The notes below the pieces were generated by a model, which saw only the letters and a list, made by a program, of their open reading frames with translations, was not told where the DNA came from and did no database searches. A stretch of 63,902 nt of DNA, counting the filler, from Trichosphaerium sp. ATCC 40318 (lineage: Eukaryota > Protista > Tubulinea): the NCBI GenBank assembly GCA_038496445.1. It is 3 parts of 3 records of this genome, joined end to end, with 100 filler letters (N's around TTAATTAATTAA, not from the genome) between each part and the next. Parts side by side here need not be neighbours in the genome. Positions count along the whole stretch, not along the records: positions 49,906 to 63,902 come from JALMLS010000459.1; 2 more parts are not named here. One strand, written 5' to 3'. Within the stretch, counting starts at the first letter, position 1. Each line of letters opens with the position of its first letter. Made by a program: the position numbers and the translations under genes. Below, one piece after another: positions 62,096-63,902 of the stretch.

Positions 62096-63287
62096 GGTCC
62101 CTAACACAGTTGTGTGAAAAGTAGAGATTGAATAGGACAAATAAAAATACCACAAGGGAATAGGTAAATTGTGTTTTGTTTTTATCGCATACACCAGACA
62201 TTGTCATTTTCATCATCATCTATTGTTACTTCTTCTCTTAGACCCTGTTCACATTCTGGGAGGTTTTCTCACTTTGCATCTTTAGCGCTACTCTGTGAAT
62301 TCTGACACGGATTTTCGATAAAAAAAGTTACCGATAAGCCTATTTTGATTTTGTCATTACTCATAACCTAAATGACACTTTCCTTCCTCATAATTTGTCG
62401 CATATATAAACCACTATGCCAAAGGCGTATTAACACACTCACTGTCAGAGTGCGGTGGAACCTTATACGACATTTGAGTGGCGGTTAGCATGTATGTATC
62501 CTGCACTGATTAAGTACAGAGTCTAGGTTAATTGACTTGTGAACTTTGACGCAAATACCATGATTGAATGGAAACGTGTATGTGTGCATTGTCAGGTTAG
62601 GGTGGAACCAACAAGGGACAGAGTATGCAACAAGATAGGTTTGGAGGAAGACTGATGTCTTCGTGGCTCAAAAGCAACACACGAGTTAGAATAACCACTG
62701 CCAGCTAGGCAACTAATACACGATTGTTTTGTAGGAAAGATGATGTCTTAGTGGCTATCAATAGCACACTGATGTCGTGTATATTTGTAGATAAAACACT
62801 ACAGTGCCACTTGTGCAAATTACATTCAGATGAATATGTCAACCATTTCACATCAAAAAACTTGACCAGTCGCTGTTCACATACACTAATCCCTTTGTCT
62901 TTTTCTACAGCATCCTTTGACTTGATATCTCCAGCAGCGCCTTCCAAAGCTTTGTAGAATTTGGCGTGATCATCACCTTCTTATGACAACAGTAGTTGGT
63001 TAACCAACACGCTCATCAATAGCACGTGTCAATTGAGCTTGGTTTGAATTTGTGAGACTGAAGCTCAACTCTGAAATCAACATAACACGCATTAACACAA
63101 TTAAACTATGGCTAATATCAACAACAACACCCACAAGCCAACCCTTGAAAACTTCATTTTCTTTCCAACAATTTTATTTTTTCTCTCTTTTCTCTTTTCT
63201 TTCTTACAAAATTCATACCATAACGATTATATCTTGTACACTTGATTTATTTAGTCTTGTTGTTCGAATAGGTGCACTTTTAAGCTA

Positions 63288-63902
63288 TCATAATTTGTAA
63301 AGTACAAGGTAAATAACATGAGAACCAGCAATAACCAAGATAGTCAACAATATTAAAAAGTAAAGTTCTTCACGTATTTTCCAATCTAACGTTCCACCAA
63401 ATATTCTTTTGTATCTCCTCTCAGTATTTCTTTTACCATTAATGTAATGACCTTCCATTTGTGCATAACCATTATGATACCACTCTATGTATGCACCATG
63501 AAGTTCATTGTTTTTATAGGTATGGAAGCTGTGTTGTTCACCTGAAGAATACCACTGCCAGTATTCTCCTTCTAGTTTACCATTAACATAGTTACACTGC
63601 TCCACAAGTTGTCCATCATTACTCCAACGTTTATACTCTCCTTCTTGTCTACCATTGACATATTTCACCTGCGAAGACAGCTTACCATTATCATGCCAGC
63701 GCTTACGCTCAACTTGTTTGCCATTATTGGCATAGTTGTTCTGTGATGACAGTTTACCTAAGTAATACTTGTCCTTTTTATTACTTTACCTTTTACATAA
63801 AAGCTTATTACACTACAATTAAAACCCATATGCATGTGCTCTCGTTCTAGTTCACCATTGACATAATTTCTTTCCGTTCTTAATTTACCAGAAAAGTACC
63901 AC
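63288..63902 (-). CDS. MORN-repeat variant protein, 5' end outside the window, C-terminal hydrophobic segment
   Basis: GEYKRWSNDGQL repeats ending in LYFLILLTILVIAGSHVIYLVLY; the upstream part looks frameshifted. Confidence 0.65.

Overview
AT-rich, compact eukaryotic (protist-like, possibly amoebozoan; inference) genomic DNA with many short GT-AG introns. It consists of three contigs joined by artificial N-TTAATTAATTAA-N spacers (29065-29164, 49806-49905). Host-type genes: DUF1917, BAR-SH3, a probable ATP synthase subunit g, a 4E-BP, an ARF-like GTPase with a degenerate G3 motif, an FHA protein and a LEA-like protein. Expanded families: F-box/LRR genes, intronless MORN-variant genes, a cluster of about seven Cys-rich lectin-like surface-protein genes, and an ankyrin-PARP whose repeats are exon+intron cassettes. 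Mobile DNA: a young Ty3/Gypsy element with apparently identical LTRs, several MITE-like elements and a piggyBac-like element. The standout is that piggyBac-like gene (49906-54921, minus strand). By manual splicing it joins an N-terminal USP/USPL1-like cysteine protease (Cys-His-Asp, Zn fingers, adjacent SUMO-interacting motif) to a DDD transposase, and it ends exactly at an ATAT site inside an LRR gene. All domain calls come from motifs read by eye; no searches were run.
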